Below, in pieces: positions 14,303 through 28,784 of a stretch of DNA of 64,000 bases; within the stretch, counting starts at the first letter, position 1; each line of letters begins with the position of its first letter. Below the pieces are notes generated by a model. The model searched no databases. It saw only the letters and a program-made list of their open reading frames with translations, and was not told the DNA's origin. This stretch comes from Octopus vulgaris. Its lineage: Eukaryota. Made by a program: the position numbers and the translations under genes. The stretch covers positions 20,026,001 to 20,090,000 of the forward strand of contig OX597827.1 of NCBI GenBank assembly GCA_951406725.2, given 5' to 3'.

Positions 14303-14789
14303 CTAGACAATGTTAATGAGAAAAGTAAAAGTAGGCAAGCAAATTGATGGGAGGTGGGCCAGGTTGGCAGGGGTGGGCAGGGTGGAGGTCTTTATATGAT
14401 AGGCTGTGAGCGATTAAAATCTCTGTAGCACGAAATCGGTTGTCCATGTCCAATAGAGAGAATGGATTTGCAGAGACACATGTTCTAGCAAATTCATTAA
14501 AAAGAAAGCCATTGCAGAATTGAAGTGGAATTGTCCAACATTATGAAGTCCGGATATTAAGTGGTACGCGTCCGGTCCAGAGAAGCGTCTCATGAATATT
14601 CATCGATTTGTTTGACGTCGTCGTCAGGAGTGAGGACAACGATTGGTAGCTAAGGTGGTGACATAGAGACAGATGGAGAGAAAGAGAGAGAGAGATAGAA
14701 AGGGAGGGAGGGAGAGAAAAAGGCATTCTGGAGGGATCGATAGATATACAGACAGATAATTAACTAGGAAGAGGGAGAACGAAAAAGTT

Positions 14790-14834
14790 TGATAGATAGA
14801 TAGATAGATAGACACACAAAGAGACAGACAGACT

Positions 14835-14872
<38 letters not shown>

Positions 14873-14879
14873 CACACAC

Positions 14880-14938
<59 letters not shown>

Positions 14939-15032
14939 CACACACAGATAGATAGACAGACTGATAGATAGATAGACAGACACACAGAGACAGATAGATA
15001 GACAGACAGACAGACTGACTGACTGACTGACT

Positions 15033-15066
<34 letters not shown>

Positions 15067-15095
15067 CAGAGAGATAGATAGATAGATAGACAGAG

Positions 15096-15158
<63 letters not shown>

Positions 15159-15160
15159 CA
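14790..15160. repeat. (GATA)n/(GACA)n microsatellite; another at 8775-9013
   Basis: Read directly. Confidence 0.95.
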
Positions 15161-15537
15161 CACACAGACTGATAGCTGAATTAATCGATAGCATAATCGA
15201 AGTTATCAAAATTCAAATGAATGTAAGAGAAATGTGAAAGTAAACGGATTTGATAATAAAAGACCGATCCGTCGGCTTTGCGGGTCATCGCGATGCTCCG
15301 TCTTCATTTTTATTCATTGTTATCTAATTGGTGCCATTAAAGGTAAATTAGGACTTTACAGGTTCCAATAATGTCTTTTGTCAGAAAACTATGAAGAGAT
15401 ATTTTGGTTCGCAAGGATTTCTGCTTTAGTTTCGAGTAGAATTCTTAAAATATGAATGGTTTTTCTTTTCCCTTTATCGTTTTTTTTCTTCTCTTTTTTC
15501 TTTTTGCAACTCCACTAAATTTCTTATTTATTTCTTA

Positions 15538-16035
15538 CTAGCAGTATCGCCCGGCGTTGCTCGGGTTTGTAAGGGAAATAACTATAAAGCATTTTTAGAG
15601 AGTTATAGTAAAAAAAAATAGCAAAAAAATGCATTAAAAATGGAAAAAATATGATGGTAAATTTTTTTTTAAATCGTTGACTCATCGTAGACATTTTTAG
15701 AGAGTTACTTCCCTTATATTTAAAAGAAATATACATTAAAATGGAAAAAAATGATGGTAAATTATTTTTTAAATCGTAGACTCATCGTAGACATTTTTAG
15801 AGAGTTACTTCCCTTATATTTAAAAAATATATACATTAAAATGGAAAAAAATTATGGTAAATTATTTTTAAAATCGTAGACTCATCGTAGACGCGCGCTA
15901 ATACGCAGAAGGGCTCGATATGAATCACGACTATAAGATACCCGGTTTTGGTTAAACTGCACCCCAAAATGTGGGAGTATTTAGGAATCTAAATCGGAGT
16001 AGACAGACACACAACCTTACTTTTATATATAAAGA
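15538..16035 (-). mobile_element. Non-autonomous Helitron family H1 with an internal ~105-bp tandem repeat
   Basis: Minus strand 5' A|TCTTTATATATAAAAG ... hairpin CCCGAGCAACGCCGGG ... CTAG|T. No TSD. Confidence 0.8.
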
Positions 16036-16315
16036 TTTATTTTCCCCTGTTCGTGTCATCTTATCGGTATGGCATCATGCGTTCCAGGCCAGTATCCCCT
16101 GTTATAAGTACTACATAATGAAATGATTCCCAGTTGAAAGCAGCCACTGTAAAACTGAGGAATGCATATTGACTTCCCGTTGCCCTTTGTTTTACGTGTG
16201 ACTCGAAGAAGAGTCGGTTACCACTAGTTTCATGTATAAAGCATTAAACTTGCTCCTTCCTCCAACAACACTGTTGACAGACATATCTGAGCAACAACAG
16301 TCAAACAATTAACTC

Positions 16316-16751
16316 GGATCTTTTCAGTTAGAACGGCAGTTTTTTCTAGCAGTGTCATGTGAAATTGTCACCCATAATAATGACCCTAGAATCGATCTAT
16401 TGCATTTCAATCTCTTTTAGGGTTAGGGTTAGGGTTAGTTAGGGTTAGAGTTAGTGGTGGGGGAAGGGTATCTTTTTTCTTCACAAATGTAAATAAACCC
16501 AATCTGTTTCTTAAACGAGGGACATGTTCGTACGGCACAGAATGCTTTTTACCTCAATAGACGTCAGTGATTGGTTGAAATTGCAGAAATTGAAGAAAAA
16601 AACAACAAATATCTTACAAACCATAGACTTTTCTCAATAAAGCCAAGAGAAAAAGATGTTTTATAAACACATTCTACCAGTATACGAAGTTTAAAATTTT
16701 TTAGTTACCTAGAAATTATGTTAAAAACTGCCGTTCAAACCGAAAAGATCC
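16316..16751 (+). mobile_element. Same MITE, copy 3
   Basis: Same TIRs; 8-bp TSD ATTAACTC; longest TTAGGG run of the five. Confidence 0.88.
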
Positions 16752-17699
16752 ATTAACTCGGTCATCTGACAGTTGATCAATGACAAAACTGGTGGACTAC
16801 GAGCAAAAAGGCTTTCGTCATTTTAGTTATTTCCTCTTTACTTTCAACGTTGAAATCCTGCCCGAGTCAACATTCATTTTTTGGGGTTCTTATAGAATAC
16901 TAGTGCAGCTTTGGAGTTGATATAATCAACTCGGTAAATTCGCCCCACTTCGCACCAAAAAAGAAAGTCTGAGCTGAGGAATTACAACCGTGTTTCGTGG
17001 TCTGCTACCACAACAGCTCCTTTATAGGAGCTCAAGACATCATCAGAAGGAACCACGTCCGGTTTCAGCCCTACTCCTCTACCGTTTTGACGTGGCGGGG
17101 CCCCCGCTTTCGGAGGTGTCTTCAGCTCTGGTGTTGGGTGCATGTCTTCTTTCTTCTGTTCCCTGGTCTCTTCGACGTATCGTCAGCGAGTGTCAGCCGG
17201 TGACTGACTGACTTGTCAAATTTTCCCCTATTAATACCTGCCGCTAGGCTCCAGCAAGTTGTCAACCCAATCTAAGGGTTTCTTGTTTTATCTTCGCCAC
17301 CAGATGGCGAAGGATGGCGGGGTGGTAGAAATTCAGTTCCGGTAATATTTATCTGCCACAACGAGATACATCGAACAAGATATAATTAATATAGCTCTGG
17401 TAGATAAACCTGTGTGGTGGCGTTCATGCCTGCCTCAAATGTATTAGGAGAAATGATTCATCACAAGTGTTGAATCGCTATCAAGTCGCGAATTTGTCAC
17501 AAATGACACATACATATATACACACATACTCACACAACTCACACATACACACACAACATACACATACACACATTCGCAAATATATACACACACACAAACA
17601 CCAAAATGCTTATACATACTCATGCACACACGCACGCATAAATGTTCGAACCGTCGGTACATGAGAACTAATTGGTTAAAAATATTTCATTGAGATTAT

Positions 17700-17975
17700 C
17701 TCATTCCTCCTTGACGAACTTATGACAACGAATCATTGGCTTGGAGTGGTTTCAAAAAGCTGTATTATATCAACTACAAAAGTAGAATTAGAAAGAATAG
17801 ACCCAGATATTTTATTTGGTATTATCCATCGTTTAATATAGAAGTGACAAGAGCTATAGCAAGGATCTTAATTTCTTTACATACGAGGCATTTTCCGACA
17901 TGGCATAGGTATTATAATATCTTAAACCGGAATACTGTTAAAGTATCTAATTCCACAACTTCACACAAAGCATTG
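17700..17975 (+). mobile_element. Penelope-like element coding remnant
   Basis: RKNRPRYFIWYYPSFN...RHFP..H.YYNILNRNTVKVS resembles the Penelope RT-linker motif IIWFNPPF...KHFP...IFNRNTVK.SYS. Confidence 0.65.
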
Positions 17976-18834
17976 CACTTTCGGGTGTAGCTAAATTTAC
18001 AAGAAGTAATAATAGTATTGGTTATATTGGTGGTAGCTATAATGTAAAATGTATTTCTGTTAACGTAATGCAAATTACCTATTGTATGATATGCATAAGT
18101 GCACCATTAGTTTTCCATTCACCATTCATAAATTTGATCTAAGTTTAACAGGCAATAGATTTAAGGTTCAATATCACATACAATAATTCATTTCGAATCC
18201 CAGCTTATATGTAGAACTTGAAGGATAAAAGCATCCACTATGATAGCTTATGGAAGTTTTCACCAAAGATGAAATCTTGTAATAGAAATAAAATGTTTTG
18301 CGTTATATACACAACGGAAGCTATGGAAATTCTTTTAGCTAAGGATTCAATATCGGACGGGAATTTTAAACTGATATCAATATGTAAACTTAAGACATTA
18401 CTGCCCCACTGTATATCTAAATGCATGATAAATTTTTACATTTTCACAACATTCAGCTTCTCCGCTTTTTCAGGGTAGTGACTTCAATGAACTGGGACGG
18501 TCAGTTCTGCGCTTTAGTCATTTTGCATGTTACTGTGTTGGTTTATGAACTACAATAAAAAAAAATACCTATTAAATATGCTCCTTTTTACATAGAAACT
18601 TGAGAATACTTGTAAATATATGCGTGTATGATTATCTGTAACTATATGTGTTTATCTATATATGACTGCAAAAATATAGGGACGAGAGATCCGGGTGCAA
18701 ATATGCATGTGTGTGTAGGTACTTCTATGAGTAACATGAGAGTGAATGTACATGTGAGTACAGTCTAAGAGTATATATGTGTATAGTAGTAGTAGTAGTA
18801 TGTATGTATGTATGTATGTATGTATGTATGTATG

Positions 18835-18865
<31 letters not shown>

Positions 18866-19509
18866 CAGCGCGTCGCTGCGTCCACCATTTCTTAGTACTC
18901 CCTGGCGGATGATACCCCTGTACCCCTCAGGCAACAACTCTCCAGCCCATGGGTCTATTTGGGTAGCCGTTGTCGCTGAGGGTTTATGAGGTCCGAGTGC
19001 AAATCCTAACTCATCCAGTTATACAAGTATGTTTTCTTTTCGGATTTTCAAATTGCGTTGGATGTAAAATTATGTCCGGAAATATTCGTAGTCTCTCGTA
19101 GTTCGGTCTGCAATTTCCCACTGATCTGCCTGCACATATGATTTGTTTATTGTAATCAGACGCTTGTGCCGTACATTAGCTCACTCCTCCTGCAAATCAT
19201 GATGGGCCACACGTCACGTGTCAAAGTGATCGCACAACAACGTGAGATGAACTATGTTGCTCAAGAAGACAGCGCATCGCTCAGTACTGGAATTGAACCT
19301 GCTATTTCGCGATCGTGAGTGCAGCACACTAATCACAAGGCCACGAACCCTCACTATATGTGTATGTGAATGTATGAGTATAAATATGTGTTTATGTTCA
19401 TTTCTAAGTTCAGACCTTTATTCCATTTGATTCCAAATTAGACATTCCAGAAAAGAAGCTGTACAGCAATAAATTGGTTGACAGACTTGGCAAACTTTAT
19501 TCAACCAGA

Positions 19510-19540
<31 letters not shown>

Positions 19541-19731
19541 GAGTCGCCATGATAGATCGTTAGCCACTACACACATTTTTTTCTCTCCTTGTTTTTTCTG
19601 TGTCCCTTTCTGTAGAAGAGCGTAGGCTCAAAACGTAAAAGACTTTTTCTATTCCTGAGCGTTATACTAATACATCTGTTTGTTTTGTACACCACCTGTC
19701 TTCGTCTTTTGTTGTTTTTTTCGTAAACTCT

Positions 19732-19771
<40 letters not shown>

Positions 19772-19799
19772 TTATTTATATTTATATATATATTATTAT

Positions 19800-20392
19800 T
19801 ATTACCCACAGGGGGCTAAACATAGTGGGGACAAACAAGGACAGACAAACGGATTAAGTCGATTACATCGACCCCAGTGCGTAACTGGTACTTAATTTAA
19901 TCGACCCCGAAAGGATGAAAGGCAAAGTCGACCTCGGCGGAATTTGAACTCAGAACGTAACGGCAGACGAAATACCTATTTCTTTATTATCCACAAGGGG
20001 CTAAACACAGAGAGGACAAACAAGGACAGACAAAGGGATTAAATCGATTACATCGACTCCAGTGCGTAACTGGTACTTAATTTATCGACCCCGAAAGGAT
20101 GAAAGGCAAAGTGGACCTCGGTGGAATTTGAACTCAGAACGTAACGGCAGACGAAATACCTATTTCTTTATTATCCACAAGGGGCTAAACACAGAGAGGA
20201 CAAACAAGGACAGACAAACGGATTAAATCGATTACATCGACTCCAGTGCGTAACTAGTACTTAATTTATCGACCCCGAAAGGATGAAAGGCAAAGTCGAC
20301 CTCGGCGGAATTTGAACTCAGAACGTAACGGCAGACGAAATACCGCTAAGCATTTCGCCCGGTGTGCTAACGTTTCTGCCAGCTCGCCGCCT
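19800..20392 (-). mobile_element. Head-to-tail trimer of SINE family B (Nin-domain-like tRNA SINE)
   Basis: Three ~184-bp units contain GCCTTTCATCCTTTCGGGGTCGATAAATTAAGTACCAG (minus strand). Only one unit has the GGCGGCGAGCTGGCAGAA head. Confidence 0.85.
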
Positions 20393-20489
20393 TGATAACT
20401 GTAAGAGATGTATAAGCTGAATACTGCACCCTAATTGCGCATACACAGGTTCTTTTACACACATACTCGTTTAGACGCGCAAGTATGGG

Positions 20490-22332
20490 CATACATACAT
20501 ACATACATACATACATACATACAATCATGCATGCATACTTACATATACATACACACATATACATACATACACACATACATACATACACACATATATACAA
20601 ACATGCATGCATACATACATACATACATACATACATACACATACACACACATACTCACACATACATACACACACACATACATACACACATACATACAAAC
20701 ATGCATGCATGCATACATACATATGCATACACACACATACATACATATACATACACACACATACACATACATACATACATATACATACACACACATACAT
20801 ACACATAATACACACATACATACATACATACACACACACATACATACATACAAAGATACATACATACATACGTACGTACAAACAATACATACATACATAC
20901 ATACATACATACGTACCTACATACATACACACATACATACACACACACACATACATATACATACATACACATACACACACACACACACACACGCATGCAT
21001 ACACACAAACATACATACACACATACATACAAACATGCATGCATATATACATACACACACATACATATACACATACATATACACATACATATGCATACAC
21101 ACACATACATACACATAATACACACATACATACATACGTACATACACACATACATACATACACACACACACACATACATACATACATACATACATACATA
21201 CATACATACATACATACATACATGCATACAACTGGCATTCCGTCGGTTACGACGACAAGTGTTCCAGCTGATACGATCAATGGAAGAGCCTGCTCGTGAA
21301 ATTAACGTGCAAATGGTTGAGTACTCCACAGACACCTGCGTACCCGTAACGTAGTTCTCAAGGAAATTCAGTGAGACAGAGAATGTGACAAGGCTGGCTT
21401 TTGAAATACAGCTGCAGCTCATTTTTTCCAGCTGAGTGGACAGGAGGAATGTGAAAATAAAGTGTCTTGCTCAAGAGCACAACGCGCTGCCGGGAATCGA
21501 ACTCACGACGTTACAGTTGTAAGCCGAATTCCCTAACCACTAAGCCACGCACTTTCAGTCGTATGTATGTATGTTTGTATGTATGTATGTTTGTATGTAC
21601 GTATGTATGTATGTATGTATGTATGTATTTACGTATGTATGTACGTATGTATATACGTATGTACGTATGTATGTACGTATGCATGTATGTTTGTATGTAT
21701 GTATGTATGGTATGTATGTATGTATGGTATGTATGTATGGTATGTATGTATGTATGGTATGTATGTATGTATGTATGTATGTACGTACGTACTATGTATG
21801 TATGTATGTACGTACGTACTATGTATGTATGTATGTATGTATGTACGTATGTATGTATGTATGTACGTACGTATGTACGTATGTATGAACGTTTGGATGT
21901 ATGTATGTATGTATGTATGTATGTTTGTATGTATGTTTGTATGTATGTGTGTATGTATGTATGTATGTACGTACGTATGTATGTATGTACGTATGTATGT
22001 ACGTATGTATGTACGTATGTACGTATGTATGTACGTTTGGATGTATGTATGTATGTATGTATGTATGTATGTATGTTTGTATGTATGTTTGTATGTATGT
22101 GTGTATGTATGTATGTATGTATGTATGTATGTATGTACGTACGTATGTATGTACGTTTGTATGTATGTACGTATGTATGTACGCATGTATGTTTGTATGT
22201 ATGTACGTACGTATGTATGTACGTTTGTATGTATGTACGTATGTATGTACGCATGTATGTTTGTATGTATGTATGTACGTATGTAGGTATGTATTATGTA
22301 TGTATGTATGTATCTTTGTGTGTATGTATGTA
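20490..22332. repeat. Oppositely oriented (TACA)n (20490-21228) and (TATG)n (21561-22332) tracts flanking a SINE
   Basis: Read directly. Confidence 0.9.
21230..21552 (-). mobile_element. Other tRNA-derived SINE (TTGAGCAAGACAC core)
   Basis: Minus-strand head GCGTGGCTTAGTGGTTAG...GAGTTCGATTCCC. Related heads at about 19150-19350 (-), 41240-41520 (+) and 41625-41915 (-). Confidence 0.7.
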
Positions 22333-22764
22333 TAGCGTGTGGAGTCGACTAGTGATTAGGTTGTGAACATACAACGAAGGGATTTGTTGTATTTCTAATT
22401 ATAAAAACGAAATATTATTAGTGCTGGTGTCATTTAAATAACGAACATGACTCTACCAAAATATTCCATCACACGTGAATGTGTGTGTGTGGAGGTGGAT
22501 GAGCGTAATTACACACACTCGTACACACATATACGTACCTCGTCTGGTGGAAACTGTCAATAATAACAGCACAAATATTTATTTCCTACCACGAATATAT
22601 TCATCCTCCCCATCATATAACTATATATATATATATATAAATGTGTATGCATATATATATATATATAAATGTGTATGTGTATATATATATATATATAAAA
22701 TGTGTATGTGTATATATATATATATATAAATGTGTATGTATGTATATATATATATGTATGTATG

Positions 22765-22798
<34 letters not shown>

Positions 22799-22900
22799 GT
22801 GTATGTGTATATATATATTTATATATATAATGTGGATGTTTATATATATATACATGTATGGATGTGTGTATATATATATATATGTATGTATGTATACATA

Positions 22901-22933
<33 letters not shown>

Positions 22934-22956
22934 GTATGTATACATGTGTGTGTGTT

Positions 22957-22989
<33 letters not shown>

Positions 22990-25544
22990 TAACACTTTGC
23001 TGTCACCAGCGATATATCTCCATCGTCACTACCATCACCAACACCAGTACAATGGTAACCCAACCATTAATATCACTTCCACCCCCGCCATCATCTTGCC
23101 CTCCACCAGGAACATTGCTACCACCGCCACCACCACCACCAAAATTACACTCGTCCCCACAAATCTACCGTCAATATACACCACAGTCGCTGCAACCGTT
23201 CCCTCTACTCTCACTGCTACCTCTACTGCCACCACTCGTTCCACTCCCACCTCACCCGCTACTCCCGCCACATCCTCTACTTCCACCACTCCCTCTACTC
23301 CCAACGCCATTATCACTCCTGCCATCACCGTCACTAACCCCCGTCACTCCTTCCACCATATCAAATTCCCTTAACGTCAATCTATACATTACTCCCACCA
23401 CCTCTACCACCACTACTACTACTACCACTACTGTCAACTGAGTCCGCCAACCAACAGACCGGCCGACCAGTCAACCAACCAATCTTTCCGAATCTATCTC
23501 CATCCGCCATTTTAAATCAGATATTGGCCCAAGTAAGTCTCGGTGATTTTTCGCGTTTTATTAGAATTTTTCGTTCGTCTCCCTTGGTTACAATGATTCA
23601 AGTCACTGGGATCGATAGACGCAAGTGCTCATTAATATTCATTAAGCAAGGAGGTGTAGGAGAAGGGCTGGGGGAAGAGTTTGGGATGAAAGTAGGAAAG
23701 TCAGGAATTTATTTTAACTTCTTCGGGTATTTTTCTTGTTTGCTTTTTTTCTTTTTGTTTTGTTTTCTTTCTTTCTTTTTTTCGTTTTTTGTGTGTATTT
23801 TGTGCTTTTATATGAGTGGTTTTGAAGGGGGCTGGTGTTGTGTGAGAGAAGAAGAAGATAAAGGAAAGGGGGTATAGGGGGAGCGGGTGGAAGGTGACTA
23901 GAAGAAGAAGAAGAAGAAGAAGAAAGTGAAGAAGTTGAAAGAAAACATGAACATTTGAGGAATACAAAAACGGAGAGAAAAGAAAGGCAAATAAGGTAGT
24001 AAATACGAAGGAAGACATGAGAAAGGACGTAAATTAGAGAAGAAAGAGATTAGGAATGGTGGGGAAGAAAAAGAAGAGAAAAAGATGTCGAAAGGAACGG
24101 ACGGGAAAGTAAGAGAGAGACTGAAAAAATAAATGACACAATGACAGATTTAGAAGGATAAACGGAAAGAGTAAAAAAAAAAGAGTGAGGTAAGAGAAGA
24201 AAAGCTAAATAAGGTGTACATGATGGTGGTGGTGGTGGTGGTGGTGGTGGTGGGATTGAAATAGGGTTCATGATGAAGTAGAATAAGCGAGGAAGGAAAG
24301 AAAGAACGATAACAAAATTGTGGGGCAATTTGTATTATTGATGAAGTTGAATTATTTCTCCCCCGACGCCAGCACCCTTCCCTCAAACCTGGTTAGGTGT
24401 CGCCACCTGTCAACCTCCATCATACATTAATAGAAACCATTTTAGCTGCATACATCGAGTGACAACTATGGTAGTTATTTATTTGTGAAAAGACTGGGTC
24501 TTTTTCTCTGTTTTGTTCTTGCTTTATATCTCTGTCGAGTAAATATATATATATATATACTCCAAGTAAGTTTATATATATATATATATATCTTGTGTGC
24601 AATAGAATCTGATTCTGGTTCGTTTCCGCTTCACCATATCAACCGATCCCTACACCTGCCTCTCAATACCAACCAACCCGTCTCCGGTTCTTCTGCCACA
24701 AACTTTATTGTTATTCATTCCATTCCGAATGCCATTATCCAATGACACTCTGTCTCCTCTTGTGTCGTCTTCCCTTCCGACTTCACACACTCAAACACTT
24801 TCGCAGTTTATAGACTCACGAAAGTAAACACCAAATAAACTGTTGGACCCTTAGGTTTTCAGTTCGAATCCACTGCAAATACTAATCCCTTTATAGTCTC
24901 TGCTGTAACAATTCTAATTCTCGTAAACAGCTTTAACTAATTAAAGAGAATTCGCGCCAAATCTTTAAGAAAATCATTTCTGGCAATAAATTTACGTCCA
25001 GGGAATAATGTTTATAAATTTCTCTTCTGTACACCGGTCACAATACCCCAAGTTGACCATAGAATATTGTGAAATTTTCAAACTTTTAAAGACATTTGTT
25101 CACATGAACCGCACTCTTAGACCCCCGCCCCTGCCAACCGTTCGGCCCCAAGCGTTATTGGTTTACCCCCTTTTAAAAAATATGTATACATGTGTATCCT
25201 TGGCGGGGGTGTTGTCTGTCTTTTTTATTTCACTTTAGTTGCACCGATCCTGGAATGATGGAAGGTAAAGTGAATATGCGCGCGAAGTGAACACAGAAAT
25301 CAGTCCGTCAAAAACAACTGACATAAACCATTTATTCCAGAGCTGAGTCAATCCCTTCGGCTGCTGCTGGTTTGTTCATAAATGTAAGACCCTTAATCCA
25401 TGGCTATTAAACTATGCAAATGTTAGTACCCTGCCTTCTCAAGAAATAATGTCTACCCATTGAGTTGGCTTTCGCTATTAATTACTTTTTATCGGATCTG
25501 AAAGATGTGTACCCATATTCTTCGTGGTCCTGCCAAACCCAGTA

Positions 25545-25872
25545 TGAAAAAAAAATCAGCTTTCCAGAGATAGCTTCCTCTCATCCCATTTCTGAGTAAA
25601 ATTGAACATCCTGCTCGTAACCTCATCCCACTTGAGATTCGGACCAATCTAGACCCTCAGCAATTAAACCGATCTGTCTGTCCAGCAATCTACTATGCTG
25701 ATCAACGGCAAATACTTGCTTCTCCAGGTGCCAAACCGTAAGTCCACCGTTTTGTCCAGATCTATCTTTGCTCCTGTCGTAAATTCCAACTTTGTTAGCA
25801 TGGAGCTGACTACTTCCACCTCCGTGGTGTCCGATACCATTAAGGTGACGTCATCTGCATACATCGACACAG
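25545..25872 (-). mobile_element. Tx1/L1-like RT fragment
   Basis: SMYADDVTLMVSD...TGAKIDLDKTVDLRFGTW. Confidence 0.75.
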
Positions 25873-26399
25873 CTCTTCCTTATCACAGCTGGAAAGGGAT
25901 GCCTGCAACAGTTATAACAATAAATATAATTCCTTCTACAATAGGTACAAGGCTTGGAATTCTGGGTGAAGGAGCAGTCGACTGGTTCTTTTTTTATCGA
26001 CCCTGGAAGGTCGATTGGCAAAGTTGGCCTCGGACAGAATTGAGCTCAGAACGTTGAGAGCCAAGATAAAGTATCGCAAAGCATCTCTTCTGATGCTCTG
26101 ACGAATATAAATCATTTATTACTAATACCTGTAATATCGTCAGGCGCTTACCAACCACAAATAGCCACGCAATGCAGGTGGTAGAAATTCCACTTTATCA
26201 ATATATAGAGAACAAGTGTTGGGTAAGAACTCTAGGCACGACTATAATGAACTAGACGGTCTGTTTCAAGGGACTTTGAGGCTGAGGATTACAATGGATT
26301 ATTTCCAGAAGTCCCTGACTTAGAAGTGCTACCGAGGAACACTACCAATTTGACATAAACGAAAAATTGAATCGTTAATTAAAGCCACTTAGGAATAAG

Positions 26400-26770
26400 A
26401 AATTAGACAGATAGCAGAAATCAGCCAAATAGCAAATACAGAAAGTGTAGGGAAAGAGACGAAAGCATTAATAATCTTCAACGCGAGCGTAGTAAGCTAG
26501 TACAAAATGAGTATAAACACAGGTATGACTGTATTGGTAAAAGAGTGCATTGGGATAGTAACCAAGTTCGTGGATTTCCAATGATGGAAAAGTGGTGGGA
26601 ACACGAACCAGAGGCTGTGTTGATGGATGACACTTTCGGGATTTTATGGAATTTCATAGAAAATGATCATATCATTAAAGCAAGGAGACTAGATATGATT
26701 GGGGAGTAGGAAAAGAACAATATCAGCTGTTGATCACCGCTGCCATTGATGTAAGAGTTAACGAATGCAT
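26400..26770 (+). mobile_element. Decayed R4/Dong-like fragment
   Basis: Broken frames give YKHRYD.IGKRVHW, KWWEHEPEAV, GILWNF and IKARRLD. Confidence 0.6.
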
Positions 26771-28317
26771 CATATAACAATGAAGGACTTATCCGTCGAA
26801 CACCACAGCATACAACGATCGCACCCTCAACGCCGACACTGAGTTTAAGCTAATGACGACACTCTTCCCTTGACCACCACATTGACTCCTCGTTCAGCTT
26901 CTTCTGTGTGGCCATTCGACCTGCTATTCGCAGACGGTCGAGTAATCACGATAAGACTTGATTCAAAGGAGCCACATTGGATAATAGAGTCCAAGATATA
27001 CAGAAAGACGTGATGGTCAACGTTGGGAACACCTTTGATCATAGGTTTTCCTCCCGTCACAACTGACCTGGGGTTAAACAACTACAACAATATGTACAAC
27101 AATGTAACGACCCCCCCGCCCCACCTCCTCTTCCTTCTCTTCCATTAACAATCGATTCCCTGTTTGAATAGCAAACAGAAACAATTTAACAATCAATAGT
27201 AAATCAGTTAAGACGCCATCTTTTATCGTTTTGGGACCAATCGGAAAACAGTTTATAGTTTGTTGTTTTGTTTGGTTTATTTCTTTTTTGTTTTATATTT
27301 TATGTTAATGATACGAGATGGGGCGAGGTGGTGGGGGGGGGGCTGCAGACTGTGGCTGCTGGGTGGGTTTTTTTTGGTGTTTTTTTTTGCTTTTCTGTTT
27401 TGGTGCGGGGGGGAAGAACGGGGAGGTTTTTTTTAAAACTGTCTTCGTCTCTGTTGTTATTACTTTTATATTGTTGTTATTTTTGTTGGTTTAAACCTAT
27501 TTTGTTCGTTGTTGTTATCGTTGTTGTTGTTACTGCTGCAACTGGGGATGGGGAGGGTGGCCGTGTTATTATTGTTATTTTACCTTTATTGTTGTCAATA
27601 ATGTTGTTATTGGCTGTTGTTATATTATTGTTACAGTTGCTCTCAGTTTTTTGTTGCTCTTTGTTTTTTAGTTGTTGTTATTGTTGTTGTTGTTGTGGCA
27701 CGTTAATATCGTTATTGCTATTGTTTTTTTGTTGTGTTTTTTTTTTTTGTATTTTTTTCCGTTTGCTGTTAATGTTGCTATTGTTTGTGCTGTTGCGAAT
27801 TTACTGCTCTTCGTCTTTCTTTCTGGTGGTTGCTATTGCTTATTGTCGTTAGTTTCGCTCTTCTCCGTGTTGTCATTATCCCACTTTGACTGTTTTTGCT
27901 GTTGTTGTTGTTGTTGTTTCTACTGCTGTTGTTGCTGTTGGTCCTTAATACCGAATCGATTCCAATATCAACCCTTCAGGAATGAAATGCAGGTTGACCC
28001 CGACGATATTTGAATAGAGAAACAGCGAACTCCCTAGTGCAGCGAATTGATGATTTCTGTGTCGCCAATTTGAACGGAAGACTTGAATGTTTCGTATGAG
28101 AGATTAAATAGACCCCACGATATAACTGGTACTTATTTCATCAACCCAGAAGTGCAAAGGACGTAACTGGCTGGAACCAGTTTTCCTTTAAAAAAAATTT
28201 TTTTCTTTATAAACCTAGGTTTGTGCGAACACAAATGGGTTCTCCTCGCCAACGATCCCAACACCAGCTCCATGTTTATAGATTGAAGTTTTATATGATA
28301 AAAATATTTATCTAATG

Positions 28318-28536
28318 CAGTGTTTTTCAAACTTTTTGCTGGAGCGGAACCCCAAGGAAACATTCCACTGGGTCGAGGAACCCCTGTGCAATAATTTAAT
28401 AGTCTTATGCACACATATCTGCACAGGAGAATTAAAAATCACTGCCGATTTTAGCAGTTTTGTAACTTCTTGCGAAACCCCTGGACTGTACTGGCGGAAC
28501 CCTAAGGTTCCGTGGAACCCTGGTTGAAAACCACTG
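28318..28536. mobile_element. hAT (Charlie-like) MITE
   Basis: TIR CAGTGTTTTTCAA / TTGAAAACCACTG; perfect 8-bp TSD ATCTAATG. Confidence 0.88.
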
Positions 28537-28784
28537 ATCTAATGCATATTAAATATATGTTTCATATAAGTTGGTTTCAAATATTGGCACAGGACTACAT
28601 CGACACCAGTGTTCAACTGGTACTTTGTCGACCCCAAATAGATGAAAGGCAAAGTCTACCCCGGTGGAATTTGAACTCAGAACGTAAAGACGGACAAAAT
28701 GCCGCTGAGCATTTTGCCCGGTGCGATAACGGTTCTGCCAGCTCACTGCCTTTAATGATAATAATAATTCTTTCATTCTGTAGG

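Noticed and set aside
16416-16460. TTAGGG repeats as a chromosome end or fusion scar
   Set aside because: They are short and always lie at the same position inside the MITE.
16990-17211. GC-richer ORFs as a nested gene or Gypsy integrase tail
   Set aside because: Only a weak RRN motif; too little evidence to call.
23000-23440. Pro/Thr-rich mucin-like ORF; also the Leu/Cys-rich ORFs at 27268-28013
   Set aside because: Degenerate (ACC)n and (GTT)n trinucleotide repeats without splice signals or homology.
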